A DNA stretch of 64,000 bases from Candidatus Chazhemtobacterium aquaticus (GCF_009936135.1 NZ_CP047901.1:631927-695926), one strand, 5' to 3'. Positions 1 through 10,771 are shown, counted from the stretch's first letter. Notes: a model not told the origin generated them from the letters alone. Program-made: numbers and translations.

Positions 1-835
1 TTGATTTAACCTTTTCAAAATTCTCCTTTATCTCCTCGTCTGCAATTGCCTCAACATACTCCTTAGCTATACCAACTCTCACTCCCTCAAGACCTTTTTT
101 TGAAAAACCCTCAAACTCATATTTCCTAGCTGCCCGAGTGGTCGCATCCCTTTCATCAGCTCCTGCAGTTACCCCCAGAACCAAAGCCGCATCCTCAACC
201 GAGTTAGTAAAATGTCCCATACTATCAAGCGAACTAGCCATGGCAATCACCCCATAACGACTCACTCTCCCATAGCTTGGCTTAAAACCAACCACACCCA
301 CAAAGTTTGCCGGTTGCCTAATCGATCCTCCAGTATCCGTTCCCATAGCCAGGGGCACCATTCCTGCCGCTACTGCCACCGCTGAACCTGAAGAACTACC
401 CCCCGGCACATACTCCTCGTTACTAGGATTAAGACTCGGCCCAAAATCAGAGTTTTCACCACTAGCTCCATGAGCCCAGGCGTCCTGGTTTGTTTTACCC
501 ACTATCACTGCTCCAGCTTCCTCTAATTTCTCAACCACACTGGAAGAGTAGGGGGGAACATACTCCTCAAGCAACTTGGCTCCTGCTGTTGTTCTAATCC
601 CTTTTGTCAGATACATATCCTTTAACGCCACAGGCACTCCAAAAAGCGGCAGACTCCGATCTCCATTTTTCTCAAGCCACGCGGCTCTCTTTAATGCCTC
701 ATCCTCAACTAGAGTAATAAAGGCATTAAGTTTTTCTTTGTCCTTGATTATCTTCAAGCTCTCGCTCACCACCTCGGTCACTGACTTTGTACCATCCACC
801 AACTCCTTTCGAGTTTCTACAATTGTCTTACTCAT
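1..835 (-). CDS. gatA: Asp/Glu-tRNA amidotransferase subunit A (runs off window start)
   Basis: Manual translation from ATG at 835 gives MSKTIVETRKELVDG..., with amidase signature GGSSSGSA and GTDTGGSIRQPA; overlaps the gatC stop. Confidence 0.93.
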   Translation of the reverse strand, partial: MSKTIVETRKELVDGTKSVTEVVSESLKIIKDKEKLNAFITLVEDEALKRAAWLEKNGDRSLPLFGVPVALKDMYLTKGIRTTAGAKLLEEYVPPYSSSVVEKLEEAGAVIVGKTNQDAWAHGASGENSDFGPSLNPSNEEYVPGGSSSGSAVAVAAGMVPLAMGTDTGGSIRQPANFVGVVGFKPSYGRVSRYGVIAMASSLDSMGHFTNSVEDAALVLGVTAGADERDATTRAARKYEFEGFSKKGLEGVRVGIAKEYVEAIADEEIKENFEKVKS

Positions 836-1136
836 CGCCACCTCCCAACACTGCTTTTACCATTACATAACCATCTTTTTTTACGGGTACCTGACTCATC
901 GCCTCACTATGATCAAGACCTTCTCTTGTATTATCTTCATCAAATACATTCACCAAACCAGTTACCTGATTAGTTTCCTCAACCTCATCAAGCTCTAAGC
1001 TAGAAAGCTGGCCCACGTAATTAAGAATCTCGCCTAACTGGGTTGCGTATTCATCTGCCTCACCTTCAGCCAATTCAAGCTTGCTCAACTCAAACAAATG
1101 CGCTAGTTCCTTTTCCGATAATTTCTTCTGCTTCAC
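828..1136 (-). CDS. gatC: Asp/Glu-tRNA amidotransferase subunit C
   Basis: 102 aa with LSKLEL...LGEILNYVGQLSSL...TNQVTGLVNVF...DGYVMV; directly upstream of gatA. Confidence 0.88.
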   Translation of the reverse strand: MKQKKLSEKELAHLFELSKLELAEGEADEYATQLGEILNYVGQLSSLELDEVEETNQVTGLVNVFDEDNTREGLDHSEAMSQVPVKKDGYVMVKAVLGGGDE

Positions 1137-1146
1137 AGCAGTTATT

Positions 1147-3309
1147 TTACCCTACTTTTATCTCCACTCCATCACCCACAACCTCTATTCTCACCTTACT
1201 CCCCGGCATTATCTTATCCTCCAGTAAATTCATAGCCAACTCATCCTCAATTTGACTCTGAATCAATCTCTTTAAAGGTCTGGCTCCAAAGTTTCGGTCA
1301 TAGCCTTTACGAGCCAAAAAAGCTACTAGAGACTCACCGTACTCAATCTCAATCTCTTGCTGCTCAAGCCGCCCCTCCAACCGCTTAAGCTGGATTGTGA
1401 CCACCTTCTCCATGTCCTTCTCACTTAAAGGCTCAAATATAATCATCTGATCCAATCTGTTGATAAACTCAGGTCGGAAATGACTTTGTACCTTAGCCCA
1501 AACCTTCTCCTCCATCTCCTTGTCATAATCTTCATTCATCCTCGCAATCTCCTCACTAGCCAAATTGCTGGTCATTACCAACACTGTATTGCGAAAATCA
1601 ACTGTTCTTCCCTTACCATCAGTCAGTCTACCCTCATCAAATACCTGCAACAACACGTTATATACCTGATCATGGGCTTTCTCAATCTCATCAAACAACA
1701 CCACACTATATGGCCTTCTTCGTACTGCCTCAGTCAGCTGTCCACCCTCGTCATAGCCAATATAACCGGGAGGGGCGCCAATCAACCGAGCCACCGAATG
1801 CTGCTCCATATACTCACTCATATCAATCCTTACCATAGCTGACTCATCATTAAACAAAGCAGCAGCCAAAGCCTTAGCCGTCTCGGTCTTACCCACACCC
1901 GTTGGGCCCAAAAACAAAAAGCTAGCAATTGGTCTGTTTTCATCTGCAATTCCAGCCCTAGATCTGCGCACCGCTCTAGCTACCGCCGATACCGCCTCAT
2001 CCTGACCCACCACCCGTTTTGACATCTCATTTTCCAAATCAATCAATCTTTCTTGTTCACTCTTAATCAATCGAGTAACCGGAATACCAGTCCAGCGTGA
2101 CACCACCAAGGCTACATCCTCCTCGCTTACCTCAAGTCGCAAGACTCGATCCTCAACCGGGATCTTTAACCACTCATCTTGGCTTTCCTTCAACTCCTTC
2201 TCCAGTCTAGGTAACTCGCCATACTTAATCTCAGCCGCCTTATCCAAATTAACCTCCCGTTCTGCCTTTTCTAGCCTCGCCCTAGCCTCATCAATCTTAC
2301 CCTGCAACTCACTTACCTTCTCAACCAAGGTCTTCTGTTCCTGCCACTTTGCTTCCATCTCCTTTTCTTCTTTCTTTTTCTCCTCAATATCCTTTTGCAA
2401 CTGCTCAGCTCGCTGCTTAGCCGACTCCGATTTTTCCTTTTTTAAAGCCTGCAACTCAATCTCCATCTGAGTGATCTTGCGTTTAAGCAAATCAAGCTCA
2501 GCTGGCATCGACTCAATCTCGATTTTAAGACCAGAAGCCGCCTCATCAATCAAATCAATAGCTTTATCCGGCAAAAACCGGTCTGCAATATACCTAACCG
2601 ACAATCTACCAGCCGCAATCAAAGCATCATCTGAAATTCTAAGTCCATGATGAACCTCATACTTCTCCTTTAAACCTCGCAGAATTGCGATCGTATCCTC
2701 CAAACTCGGCTCATCCACCATCACTGGCTGGAATCTTCTCTCCAAAGCCGCATCCTTCTCAATATATTTCCGATACTCATTAATGGTCGTTGCTCCAATC
2801 ATATGAAGAGCTCCTCTTGCCAACGCCGGCTTTAATATATTGGCTGCATCAACCGAACCTTCAGCCGAACCTGCCCCCACCAAGGTGTGCAGCTCATCGA
2901 TAAATAACACATACTGACCAGCCGCATCCTCAACCTTCTTAACAATAGCCTTCAATCTCTCCTCAAACTCGCCTCTGAACTTAGCTCCTGCCAACACCGA
3001 TGCGATATCAAGCATCAAAAGATCCTTATTCTTCAGGCTCTCAGGCACATCACCGGCCGCAATTCTTATAGCCAATCCCTCTACCAAAGCCGTCTTACCC
3101 ACACCAGGATCACCCACCAATACCGGATTATTCTTCGTTCTTCTACTTAAAACCTGCATCATCCGCCTAATCTCCTTATCTCTTCCAATCACCGGGTCAA
3201 GCCTTGACTCTCTCGCTTTCTCAGTCAAGTTAATGGTGAACTTCTCCAGTGCCTTTTCAGGATCAACTGGCTTTAAAAAATCAGGCAAGTTATTGTTATC
3301 CATAACCAA
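1147..3309 (-). CDS. clpB: ClpB AAA+ disaggregase lacking the N-terminal Clp domain (start probably ATG 3303)
   Basis: Two AAA modules ([16 protein letters not shown]), long coiled-coil M domain with AAEIKYG, RIDMSEY motif. Confidence 0.93.
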   Translation of the reverse strand: MVMDNNNLPDFLKPVDPEKALEKFTINLTEKARESRLDPVIGRDKEIRRMMQVLSRRTKNNPVLVGDPGVGKTALVEGLAIRIAAGDVPESLKNKDLLMLDIASVLAGAKFRGEFEERLKAIVKKVEDAAGQYVLFIDELHTLVGAGSAEGSVDAANILKPALARGALHMIGATTINEYRKYIEKDAALERRFQPVMVDEPSLEDTIAILRGLKEKYEVHHGLRISDDALIAAGRLSVRYIADRFLPDKAIDLIDEAASGLKIEIESMPAELDLLKRKITQMEIELQALKKEKSESAKQRAEQLQKDIEEKKKEEKEMEAKWQEQKTLVEKVSELQGKIDEARARLEKAEREVNLDKAAEIKYGELPRLEKELKESQDEWLKIPVEDRVLRLEVSEEDVALVVSRWTGIPVTRLIKSEQERLIDLENEMSKRVVGQDEAVSAVARAVRRSRAGIADENRPIASFLFLGPTGVGKTETAKALAAALFNDESAMVRIDMSEYMEQHSVARLIGAPPGYIGYDEGGQLTEAVRRRPYSVVLFDEIEKAHDQVYNVLLQVFDEGRLTDGKGRTVDFRNTVLVMTSNLASEEIARMNEDYDKEMEEKVWAKVQSHFRPEFINRLDQMIIFEPLSEKDMEKVVTIQLKRLEGRLEQQEIEIEYGESLVAFLARKGYDRNFGARPLKRLIQSQIEDELAMNLLEDKIMPGSKVRIEVVGDGVEIKVG

Positions 3310-3323
3310 TATTTAACCTCTAG

Positions 3324-3350
3324 TTAGCAATCATGTCAACCGTCTGCTAA
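3324..3350 (-). promoter_or_regulatory. CIRCE-like (HrcA) operator overlapping the clpB promoter
   Basis: TTAGCAGAC-N9-GATTGCTAA on minus versus consensus TTAGCACTC-N9-GAGTGCTAA; TTGACA lies in the spacer. Confidence 0.75.
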
Positions 3351-3358
3351 CCATTCAG

Positions 3359-3934
3359 CTAGTCACTAAGTACAAAACCCTTAGCCTGACCAAGACTCAC
3401 AAACCCGCTCATATCAAGAACCGTCTTATCAATCCTACTTCCTTCAAAATTAACTCCTGCAAGTTGCGCTTCGCTAAAATTGGCCTCACTTAAATCACAA
3501 CCCTCAAACACACACCTCTCCAACTTAGCTCCTCTAAAATCAGCTTCGTTAAGCCTGCACTTCATAAATATTGCCGAAGACAGATCAGCCTTCACAAAGC
3601 TTGTTTTGCGCATATCCATCCACTCAAGTTTCTCATCACTTTTTCTAAGTTGCCTAAATACCGTACCCTCAGCCACCACCTCGTCAAACTTAACACCCTT
3701 AAAATATCCCACCGACAAATCAAGGTTACTAATCCGACTACCCTGAAAATCAACATCAATAAAGCCACTGTCCTGAATTATCACACCGCTAAAATCACAC
3801 TCTTTAAACAAACATTTCTCAAAACTACTTAGCTTCAACTCAACCCCAGCAAACCGCAAATTCAAGAATGAATCATTCACCAACCTGACCCCAACAAGCT
3901 GTTTCTCTCCTATATGTTTAGACTTCCAGATCAC
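3359..3934 (-). CDS. Pentapeptide repeat protein
   Basis: Tandem A(D/N)(L/F)xx repeats such as ADLSS, ADFRG, CDLSE, ANFSE. Confidence 0.85.
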   Translation of the reverse strand: MIWKSKHIGEKQLVGVRLVNDSFLNLRFAGVELKLSSFEKCLFKECDFSGVIIQDSGFIDVDFQGSRISNLDLSVGYFKGVKFDEVVAEGTVFRQLRKSDEKLEWMDMRKTSFVKADLSSAIFMKCRLNEADFRGAKLERCVFEGCDLSEANFSEAQLAGVNFEGSRIDKTVLDMSGFVSLGQAKGFVLSD

Positions 3935-4836
3935 GCCCGTAATGCTGCAATTCGCTCCTCCACTGGTGGGTGAGTGTTAAACAAACCTGCAAACCAACCT
4001 ATAGCATCATGACGGTTCTTTAATGGATCACTAATATACAAATGAGCCGTTGCCTTATTAGCTGCTTCCAACGGTTCACTGTCTTTAGATATTTTCTCCA
4101 ATGCTCTAGCTAAGCCCTCAGGATATCTAGTTAGCTTAGCCGCCTCAGCATCAGCCAAAAACTCTCTTCTTCGTGAGATAGCTAACTTGATCAAGTTAGC
4201 AACCAAGGGAGCCAGTAGTGCCAGCAAAATACCCACAATCATTAATATCGCCTGCAGCTGATTATTCCCCTCATTATCTCTCTTTCTGCCCCCACCCCAA
4301 GCACTAATTCGTAAAAACCAATCAGCTAATAAGGCTACCAAACCTACTAAAATAGCCACCACTCCCATCAATCTAATGTCATAGTTCTTAACATGTGCCA
4401 ACTCATGAGCTACCACCCCCTCCAGTTCTGATCTATCAAGCCGGTCAAGCAAACCTGTTGTGGCTACTACCACCGCATGGTCAGGGTCTCTTCCCGTGGC
4501 AAAGGCGTTCATAGCCGTATCCTCGATCACATATAGCCTTGGCTTGGGTAATCTAGCCGCCATAGCCAAGTTCTCAGCCACGGTATAGAACTCAAAGTCC
4601 CTGTCCCGGTCAGCCTCTCTTGCTCCAGATAAAGACAAGATAATCTTGTCAGACCAGTAATACGAAGCAAAACTCATCACTCCAGACAGAATCAAGGCTA
4701 TCCCAACCATATCCAGACCATAACCTAATGCCTGGCTAAACACATACGCCACTGCCGCCACAAAAACAATAAACCCGAGCACAACCAGAGCACTCTTCCG
4801 CTTATTTACCTCAACTCTTTCGTAGACGTTAATCAT
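3931..4836 (-). CDS. htpX: HtpX family M48 zinc metalloprotease
   Basis: HELAH, NAFATG, SRRREFLAD and THPP motifs plus TM helices. Confidence 0.92.
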   Translation of the reverse strand: MINVYERVEVNKRKSALVVLGFIVFVAAVAYVFSQALGYGLDMVGIALILSGVMSFASYYWSDKIILSLSGAREADRDRDFEFYTVAENLAMAARLPKPRLYVIEDTAMNAFATGRDPDHAVVVATTGLLDRLDRSELEGVVAHELAHVKNYDIRLMGVVAILVGLVALLADWFLRISAWGGGRKRDNEGNNQLQAILMIVGILLALLAPLVANLIKLAISRRREFLADAEAAKLTRYPEGLARALEKISKDSEPLEAANKATAHLYISDPLKNRHDAIGWFAGLFNTHPPVEERIAALRA

Positions 4837-4870
4837 TTACCTAAAACCAGACTAGGTTTAAAAACAAAAA

Positions 4871-5473
4871 TTACAAGCTAATCTTTGGCCCCTTAGTCTC
4901 AGCCTCACTCACAGACAAGTGAGCTCCCTTATCAGGTGTGGTTAAACCAGCCTGTTTAGCCATGCCAAACAGCTTGGCTACCATATTTGATGGGAAACTT
5001 ACCACCATCTGATTAAAGTCCTGAACCAGGTCAATAAGAGTTCTTCTTGAGTACATCACTTTGTCAGCCGTATCTCGAAGTTCGTTCATGAGCTTGGTTA
5101 CCACCTCAGCTCCCTTAATCTCAGGGTTACTCTCAACCAACACCTGTAATTTGGGCAAAACCTGGCTCAACTTACTCTGAGCTGACTCAATCGCTTTAGC
5201 GGAGTTAGACTTCACTGCTTCATCCACCGCTTTTCTAGCATCCGTTAGCTGCTCAAAAATCTTAGTCTCATGCTTTAAATATCCCTTAGCTGATGCCTCC
5301 AGGTTGGGGATCATCTCAGCTTGTCTCTTTAGCTGGTTACCAATTTCCTGGATACTAGCCTCAATCTGGGTTCTCATACCCACAAACCGGTTATATGTCG
5401 AAATCAAATACAAACCAAGTAATAATCCACCACCAAGCAAAATGTATAGCACAGGCATGTTTACATAAATCAA
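4871..5473 (-). CDS. lemA: LemA family protein
   Basis: N-terminal TM, QLKRQAEMIPNL, ESNPEIKG, FPSNMVAKLFG; usual lemA-htpX pair. Confidence 0.88.
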   Translation of the reverse strand: MIYVNMPVLYILLGGGLLLGLYLISTYNRFVGMRTQIEASIQEIGNQLKRQAEMIPNLEASAKGYLKHETKIFEQLTDARKAVDEAVKSNSAKAIESAQSKLSQVLPKLQVLVESNPEIKGAEVVTKLMNELRDTADKVMYSRRTLIDLVQDFNQMVVSFPSNMVAKLFGMAKQAGLTTPDKGAHLSVSEAETKGPKISL

Positions 5474-5503
5474 TTACTAACCATAAACATCATACCACCA
5501 ACC

Positions 5504-7270
5504 TCAAGACTCAATCCATTTTTCTACTCTCTTATATGGCCAGGTATTGATGATGTTACTAGCCTCAGCCCAACCACGTCTTGCCACACCCACACCGTAC
5601 CTCATACCCTTCATAGAGCTTGCTTCATGAGCATCTGTGTTAATCACTAGCAAAACCCCCGTCTTTACTGCCTGACGTACCAACATATCCGGTAAATCCA
5701 GTCTCTCAGGGCTCGAGTTTATCTCAACCGCAATCCTTTTTCTTCTACACTCCTCGAAGACTCTCTCCCAGTCATAATCCAAACCCTCACGCTTATTAAG
5801 CATCCTTCCCGTCGGATGACCAAAAATTTTAACCCTAGGATGATCAAAGGCTCTAAGCACTCTTTCCGTCGCCTCCTCTTTGCTTTGTCTAAAACTGGCA
5901 TGAATCGAGACCACTGCATAATCAAGTAAACCCAAAACCTCATCACTCACTGCCAGTCGTCCATCAGGCCGGATATCTACCTCCATTCCTTTAAATATTT
6001 TCACACTACTTTCACTTGAAGCTATTTCTTTATCAATAGCCTCATTTCTTTTCTTAACTACCTTAACTCGAGCAGATTCGCTTAATCCCTTCATTTTTGG
6101 GTTATGGTCACTCAAACCAATATACTCATAACCCAAACTTTCAGCCATGTTAAGAAGTTCACTAACACTGCTCATACCCATATCATGGCTAGTTTCGATC
6201 TCAATATTAGTATGCATATGAAGGTCACCTTTGATATCTTTTAATTCAACTAAATCAGGTAACCCACCCTTAATCGAAGCCTCAATCTCACCACTGTCTT
6301 CTCTTAACTCAGGGGGAATATATTTTAAGCCCAAGGCCTCGTAGAACTCGTTCTCACCAGCATACTTAAATAACTTGCCACCCTTTTTGATTCCATGCTC
6401 AGACAAAGACATTTTTTTCTCAAGCGCCAGTTTACGCAAATGGATGTTGTGTAACTTACTACCCGTGTAGTGCTGCAACATCGACCCCCAGCGATCCTTA
6501 CTCTGAGTCTTTACATCCACCTGCCGACCAGAGGAATGGATAAACATGGTCGTTTTTGAACCAGTCGAGAGTACCTTCTTAATACCTTTAAACTTAAGTA
6601 AGTACTCCATTAACTCAGTTGGCTTATCTGTCATCACTGCCAAGTCAATATCTCCAACAGTCGCAGCCCTCCTTCGCAAACTTCCCAACACCTCAATCTT
6701 TTCACACAGTCCGCTCGATCTTAAATACTCAACCACCTCCTCAGCAATTGCTTCAGCCTCAGGTAGCAACAACCTATCTGATCCACTCTGTACCGAGCCA
6801 ATCGCTTTAAGTAGTTCATCCTCAGTCTTTTCTCCAAACCCTTGAAGTTCCTTAATTTTTCCTGCCAATATCTGTCTCCTCAACCTATCTATAGCCGTCT
6901 TTTCATCTTTAAGATCAAACTCACTCGCCAGTTTATATGCTGTCTTAGCTCCTACTCCCTCAAGTTTCATCAACTCAAACATACCCAGAGGCAAGCCCTT
7001 TACCTCTTGCTCAAAATGTTTAACCCTACCGGTTCTAATCAATTCATCCAGATGTTGTGCCAAACTTGGTCCCACACCTGGAATCTCCTCCAATTTGTCT
7101 GCGTCCCAAACATCCTTTAATTGACTGCTCAAATGTTCAATACTTGCCGCTGCATTCTTATATGCTCTTACTCTGAAAAAATCCTCATCCTTGATCTCAA
7201 AGGCTGCCGCCACCATCTCCAACAAATCAGCCACCTCCTTGTTACTCATCCCTTTCTTCATCCCCAACAT
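5504..7270 (-). CDS. polX: DNA polymerase X with PHP domain
   Basis: HhH motifs, GSLRR...GDIDL, YTGSK; PHP motifs DLHMHT, SDH, GHPTGR, NTDAH. Confidence 0.93.
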   Translation of the reverse strand: MLGMKKGMSNKEVADLLEMVAAAFEIKDEDFFRVRAYKNAAASIEHLSSQLKDVWDADKLEEIPGVGPSLAQHLDELIRTGRVKHFEQEVKGLPLGMFELMKLEGVGAKTAYKLASEFDLKDEKTAIDRLRRQILAGKIKELQGFGEKTEDELLKAIGSVQSGSDRLLLPEAEAIAEEVVEYLRSSGLCEKIEVLGSLRRRAATVGDIDLAVMTDKPTELMEYLLKFKGIKKVLSTGSKTTMFIHSSGRQVDVKTQSKDRWGSMLQHYTGSKLHNIHLRKLALEKKMSLSEHGIKKGGKLFKYAGENEFYEALGLKYIPPELREDSGEIEASIKGGLPDLVELKDIKGDLHMHTNIEIETSHDMGMSSVSELLNMAESLGYEYIGLSDHNPKMKGLSESARVKVVKKRNEAIDKEIASSESSVKIFKGMEVDIRPDGRLAVSDEVLGLLDYAVVSIHASFRQSKEEATERVLRAFDHPRVKIFGHPTGRMLNKREGLDYDWERVFEECRRKRIAVEINSSPERLDLPDMLVRQAVKTGVLLVINTDAHEASSMKGMRYGVGVARRGWAEASNIINTWPYKRVEKWIES

Positions 7271-7322
7271 ATACTGATCATACCAACATCACCAAACAAA
7301 CCAACCAAACTAGAAATCTCTG

Positions 7323-7397
7323 CGGGGCTGACGGGGCTCGAACCCGCGACCTTCTCCGTGACAGGGAGACACTCTGACCAAACTGAGCTACAGCCCC
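7323..7397 (-). tRNA. tRNA-Asp(GTC)
   Basis: Cloverleaf GGGGCTGTAGCTCAG...CTCCCTGTCACGGAG...GGTTCGAGCCC; CCA not encoded. Confidence 0.95.
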
Positions 7398-7539
7398 AGA
7401 CTAGCCATATTTTACCAGATTTATTCCCAAAAGAGATATCTTTTTCAAGCCATATTATTAATCAAAACTTGAAATTTACACTATTCTATCCTATAGCACA
7501 TACATTGCTCGTTGCATATATTCCGAAAGGAAAAACAGA

Positions 7540-7791
7540 ATGGCAATCACCATCACGGGGGCAATGCTTTTCATTATTGCTCTCGCCATCTACCGTTTGA
7601 CCGTGACTGACTGGGCGATACAGCGCCTTTCCAAAAATGGCGTTGTCCAAGGAACCTTTAACGCAATCCTTGTGACTCTCATCTCCATCGCTCTCGGAGT
7701 CCTCGGCCTGCTCGTTCTGTTTGTCGGCCTCGTGTCGAAGTCCTGCTTTATTCAGACAGCCAAGCCAATTGGCGACCCAATTATACTCTAA
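7540..7791 (+). CDS. Small two-TM hypothetical protein
   Basis: GAAAGGA SD, two hydrophobic helices, followed by a hairpin and T-tract. Confidence 0.65.
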   Translation: MAITITGAMLFIIALAIYRLTVTDWAIQRLSKNGVVQGTFNAILVTLISIALGVLGLLVLFVGLVSKSCFIQTAKPIGDPIIL

Positions 7792-7809
7792 AAGAGTCGC
7801 CTTTTTTTT
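7771..7809 (+). terminator. Intrinsic terminator
   Basis: GGCGAC...GTCGCC stem followed by T8. Confidence 0.55.
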
Positions 7810-7894
7810 ACCAAAATCCTTACTTGACTAGCAATAATTTTCTGTATAGGATGACTTGTAAATAATCTAAACAAGATATCAATTAGCTTTATCT

Positions 7895-8512
7895 ATGGAC
7901 AGCCGACTAAAAAACACTCTCAAGACACTTAAATTAAACGAAGACACCATCAGCACCTTACTCGGCGCCATTGTAGTAGTCGTTATCGGCCTTCTTGTTT
8001 TCAACTATTTCCGTTCCCTTAATCCTCAAGGACAAATCACTGACCAAGCAGCTCTGGAAGACGATGGTCAAACTGCTACTCCAGGCCAAGTCAAGTTAGT
8101 CGAAGAAGAAGATGGACAGATGGTTCCCGAAGGTCTTCCCACCACCTACACCGTCAAACAAGGTGACCACCTCTGGAGCATTGCCGAAAGCTTTTACAAC
8201 TCCGGTTACAACTGGACTGATATCGCTTCTGTTAACCATCTAGACAACCCCGGCCAGATTGAGGTTGGTCAGCAGCTTACTATCCCCAAAGTAGCCGTCA
8301 AGGTCGCCACCGTTTCTCAAGAGCAAACGACCAACAATACCATTGAAGGGAACACCTACACCGTTGTTAAGGGTGATCACCTCTGGGACATTGCCCTACG
8401 CGCTTACGGTGATGGTTTCCGCTGGACTGACATCTATCAAGCCAACCAAGACCTCATCGGCCCTAATCCCGGTCTAATCGAGGTCGACATGAATCTCACT
8501 ATTCCTCGCTAA
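7895..8512 (+). CDS. Membrane-anchored protein with two LysM domains
   Basis: N-terminal TM; two YTVxxGDHLWxIA...W.DI...N...I.VG..LTIP repeats. Confidence 0.9.
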   Translation: MDSRLKNTLKTLKLNEDTISTLLGAIVVVVIGLLVFNYFRSLNPQGQITDQAALEDDGQTATPGQVKLVEEEDGQMVPEGLPTTYTVKQGDHLWSIAESFYNSGYNWTDIASVNHLDNPGQIEVGQQLTIPKVAVKVATVSQEQTTNNTIEGNTYTVVKGDHLWDIALRAYGDGFRWTDIYQANQDLIGPNPGLIEVDMNLTIPR

Positions 8513-8568
8513 CCCCTTTTTCTTCCCCACCAGGTAAAATATCCATATATTAAGACGTTTGTCTTGCT

Positions 8569-8639
8569 GCCTCCTTAGCTTAGTGGCAAAGCAGCGGTAT
8601 CGTAAACCGCGGACGTCAGTTCGATTCTGACAGGGGGCT
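8569..8639 (+). tRNA. tRNA-Thr(CGT)
   Basis: GCCTCCTTAGCTTAGTGG...GCGGTATCGTAAACCGC...GTTCGATTC...AGGGGGC. Confidence 0.9.
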
Positions 8640-9091
8640 CAAACCACACTTTGCATTCTTCTCTCTGCCTCTGACTTACCATACAACTGGCTTAACACCT
8701 CCATCTCGTCCGTCTCATCCAAAACCCTGATACCCCGATCCTTTAACTCCACTATCTCTTCAGCGCTTAACTTCATACACTCCCTATACAAACACTCAAT
8801 CGCTTTTACATCATCATCTCCCGCAACCCGGTTCTTCTTTACCTCACCGCAAACCATACATTTATGTATGATCATCAACTCGCCAGTCTTATCCTGTTCC
8901 TGTTTAAAGGTCAATCCAACCGGTTTCATCATTCCACCACACGAAGCGGCTCTATCTCCTGGTGTCTGACCATCCAAGTGCTTTGACCATAGACAAAACG
9001 GGCAATGATTTCGGTGGGCTGTTCCCAGACTCTCTCCCTTAATCTCTTTGCCACACTGCTCACACACAAAGTTTTGTTCGTTCATATCCAA
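8639..9091 (-). CDS. RNHCP domain protein
   Basis: FVCEQCG...RNHCPFCLWSKH...PGDRA..CGG...HKCMVCG. Confidence 0.88.
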   Translation of the reverse strand: MDMNEQNFVCEQCGKEIKGESLGTAHRNHCPFCLWSKHLDGQTPGDRAASCGGMMKPVGLTFKQEQDKTGELMIIHKCMVCGEVKKNRVAGDDDVKAIECLYRECMKLSAEEIVELKDRGIRVLDETDEMEVLSQLYGKSEAERRMQSVV

Positions 9092-9156
9092 CTTTTATTA
9101 TACCCATTTATACAAACAAGCCATCAAATTATCAAAATTAGTGTATAATCCTGGCC

Positions 9157-10053
9157 ATGACTGAAAAGACGGCCATTGCGCTTAAAACCGAATCCCACCA
9201 AGACAGCACTATCGTTATTACTGCAACGATTGATGCCAATCTAGTTGCCAAACACCAAAATGACTCCATGCTTCACTTAGGTCACGATCTTACCATCAAG
9301 GGTTTTCGTCGTGGCAAAGCTCCTTTAAACGTCCTAAAAGAACACCTCGATCCTCAAAAGGTCACCAACCACACCCTTGAACACATTTTTCCAGAAATTA
9401 TCAAGGAGGTTTTCAAACAGCATCAACTAAAAATCATTGGCAACCCCACCTTAACCGCCGTGACCACTCCAGACCAAGCCCCCTGGACCGTTACTCTTTC
9501 TTTTCCTCTTCTTCCAGAGTTTGAAATCAAAGGATACCAGGACAAACTTAAAAAAGCCTTCAAAGACCTTGAAGCCAAAACTAAAAAGGATGCCAACTCT
9601 AAAACTAAATCCGATGACAAAACTCAAACTCCAAAAGATCCTCAATCAGAAAAACTCACCGCCTTACTCGATACCCTACTTAAGGAAATCGAGCTAACCG
9701 TTCCCGAGTCTCTTATAACCCAAGAAGTTAACCAGTCCTTGGTTCGTCTTTATGACCACACTCAGGCTCTGGGAATCACCGTCGACCAGTACCTAAAATC
9801 ACTTGGTAAAACTGCCGAGCAGATCAAACAAGACTATCACCAAGCCGCAACCGAAAATCTAAAAATCGAGTTTATCCTAGACCGCATTGCCACCGATCTT
9901 GATATTGCAGTAAATGACGACGAAATCACTGACATGATCAATGCCTCCGGTGATCAACAGGCCAAAGACCAACTCAATCATCCCGAACAAAGAGCCTACG
10001 TCAAGGGTATTATCAAGAAACGAAAAACCATTGACGCTCTTCTCAATCTTTAG
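9157..10053 (+). CDS. tig: Trigger factor lacking the PPIase domain
   Basis: Ribosome-binding signature GFRRGKAP plus C-terminal SurA-like domain; only 298 aa. Confidence 0.85.
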   Translation: MTEKTAIALKTESHQDSTIVITATIDANLVAKHQNDSMLHLGHDLTIKGFRRGKAPLNVLKEHLDPQKVTNHTLEHIFPEIIKEVFKQHQLKIIGNPTLTAVTTPDQAPWTVTLSFPLLPEFEIKGYQDKLKKAFKDLEAKTKKDANSKTKSDDKTQTPKDPQSEKLTALLDTLLKEIELTVPESLITQEVNQSLVRLYDHTQALGITVDQYLKSLGKTAEQIKQDYHQAATENLKIEFILDRIATDLDIAVNDDEITDMINASGDQQAKDQLNHPEQRAYVKGIIKKRKTIDALLNL

Positions 10054-10115
10054 TAACATACAGCCAGCCCTATAACCCTATATAACAAAGGCCTGTCTGT
10101 TATCTTACTTAAGAT

Positions 10116-10652
10116 ATGCAACCCACCAACAAACCCATCAATCCCAAGATCCAAAGCTTTCTTGAGTCTCTCCGTCAGCGATCCCAAACTCCCAAGTCCA
10201 GTACTGAAACAAACAAGCCTCGCTTCCCGGCTTACGAGAACTATCAAGAAAAACAAAGACTCGAACAACTTCGCAAACAAGAGTTCTTTCGCTCTCGTAG
10301 TCGCGAGTTCAAAGAAGTCTACTCGCTCAACAAACGTCAGGAACAAGAGCGCATCAATCAGATCATTGTCGAACTTCACTCACTTGCCAAGTCCATCAAA
10401 AATCTAAAAAAAGAAGTTGATGTAGCCGTTCAACAAACACCCATCGAGGCCAGTCAATACCAATTCTCTTTCCTAGAACACCTCAAAAAAACTCTAAAAC
10501 TCCTAAGAGAAGATGTTGAGTCAGCCTCATCCTGGCTCCACTTATTCAACTCTCGTCGCCAGCAACAAAGTTTCTACTGGTCTATGGCCAAATCAAAAGG
10601 CACCAAATTTACCCTCTCTGAGGAACGCTCAATCTCTACTAGTATTGGATAA
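10116..10652 (+). CDS. Coiled-coil hypothetical protein (resembles the CPR DUF5660 type)
   Basis: Helical, C-terminal YWSMAKSKGTKFTLSEERS; family assignment from recollection only. Confidence 0.6.
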   Translation: MQPTNKPINPKIQSFLESLRQRSQTPKSSTETNKPRFPAYENYQEKQRLEQLRKQEFFRSRSREFKEVYSLNKRQEQERINQIIVELHSLAKSIKNLKKEVDVAVQQTPIEASQYQFSFLEHLKKTLKLLREDVESASSWLHLFNSRRQQQSFYWSMAKSKGTKFTLSEERSISTSIG

Positions 10653-10657
10653 CTTTG

Positions 10658-10731
10658 TGGACCCGCCTGGAATCGAACCAGGGACCTCTGCAATGTCAAT
10701 GCAGCGCTCTAACCGACTGAGCTACGAGTCC
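10658..10731 (-). tRNA. tRNA-Val(GAC)
   Basis: GGACTCGTAGCTCAG...CTGCATTGACATTGCAG...GGTTCGATTCC. Confidence 0.95.
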
Positions 10732-10771
10732 AGCATATATAATTCTACCAAATAGCCTCCGATATCACCAC

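Noticed and set aside
576-998. 140-aa + strand ORF and many similar antisense track ORFs
   Set aside because: Shadows of well-supported opposite-strand genes, here gatA and gatC
7121-7600. 159-aa ORF across the polX start
   Set aside because: Runs antisense through tRNA-Asp and polX
7323-10731. tRNA-anchored genomic island
   Set aside because: No duplicated tRNA 3' ends or integrase seen; intervening genes are mostly housekeeping-type
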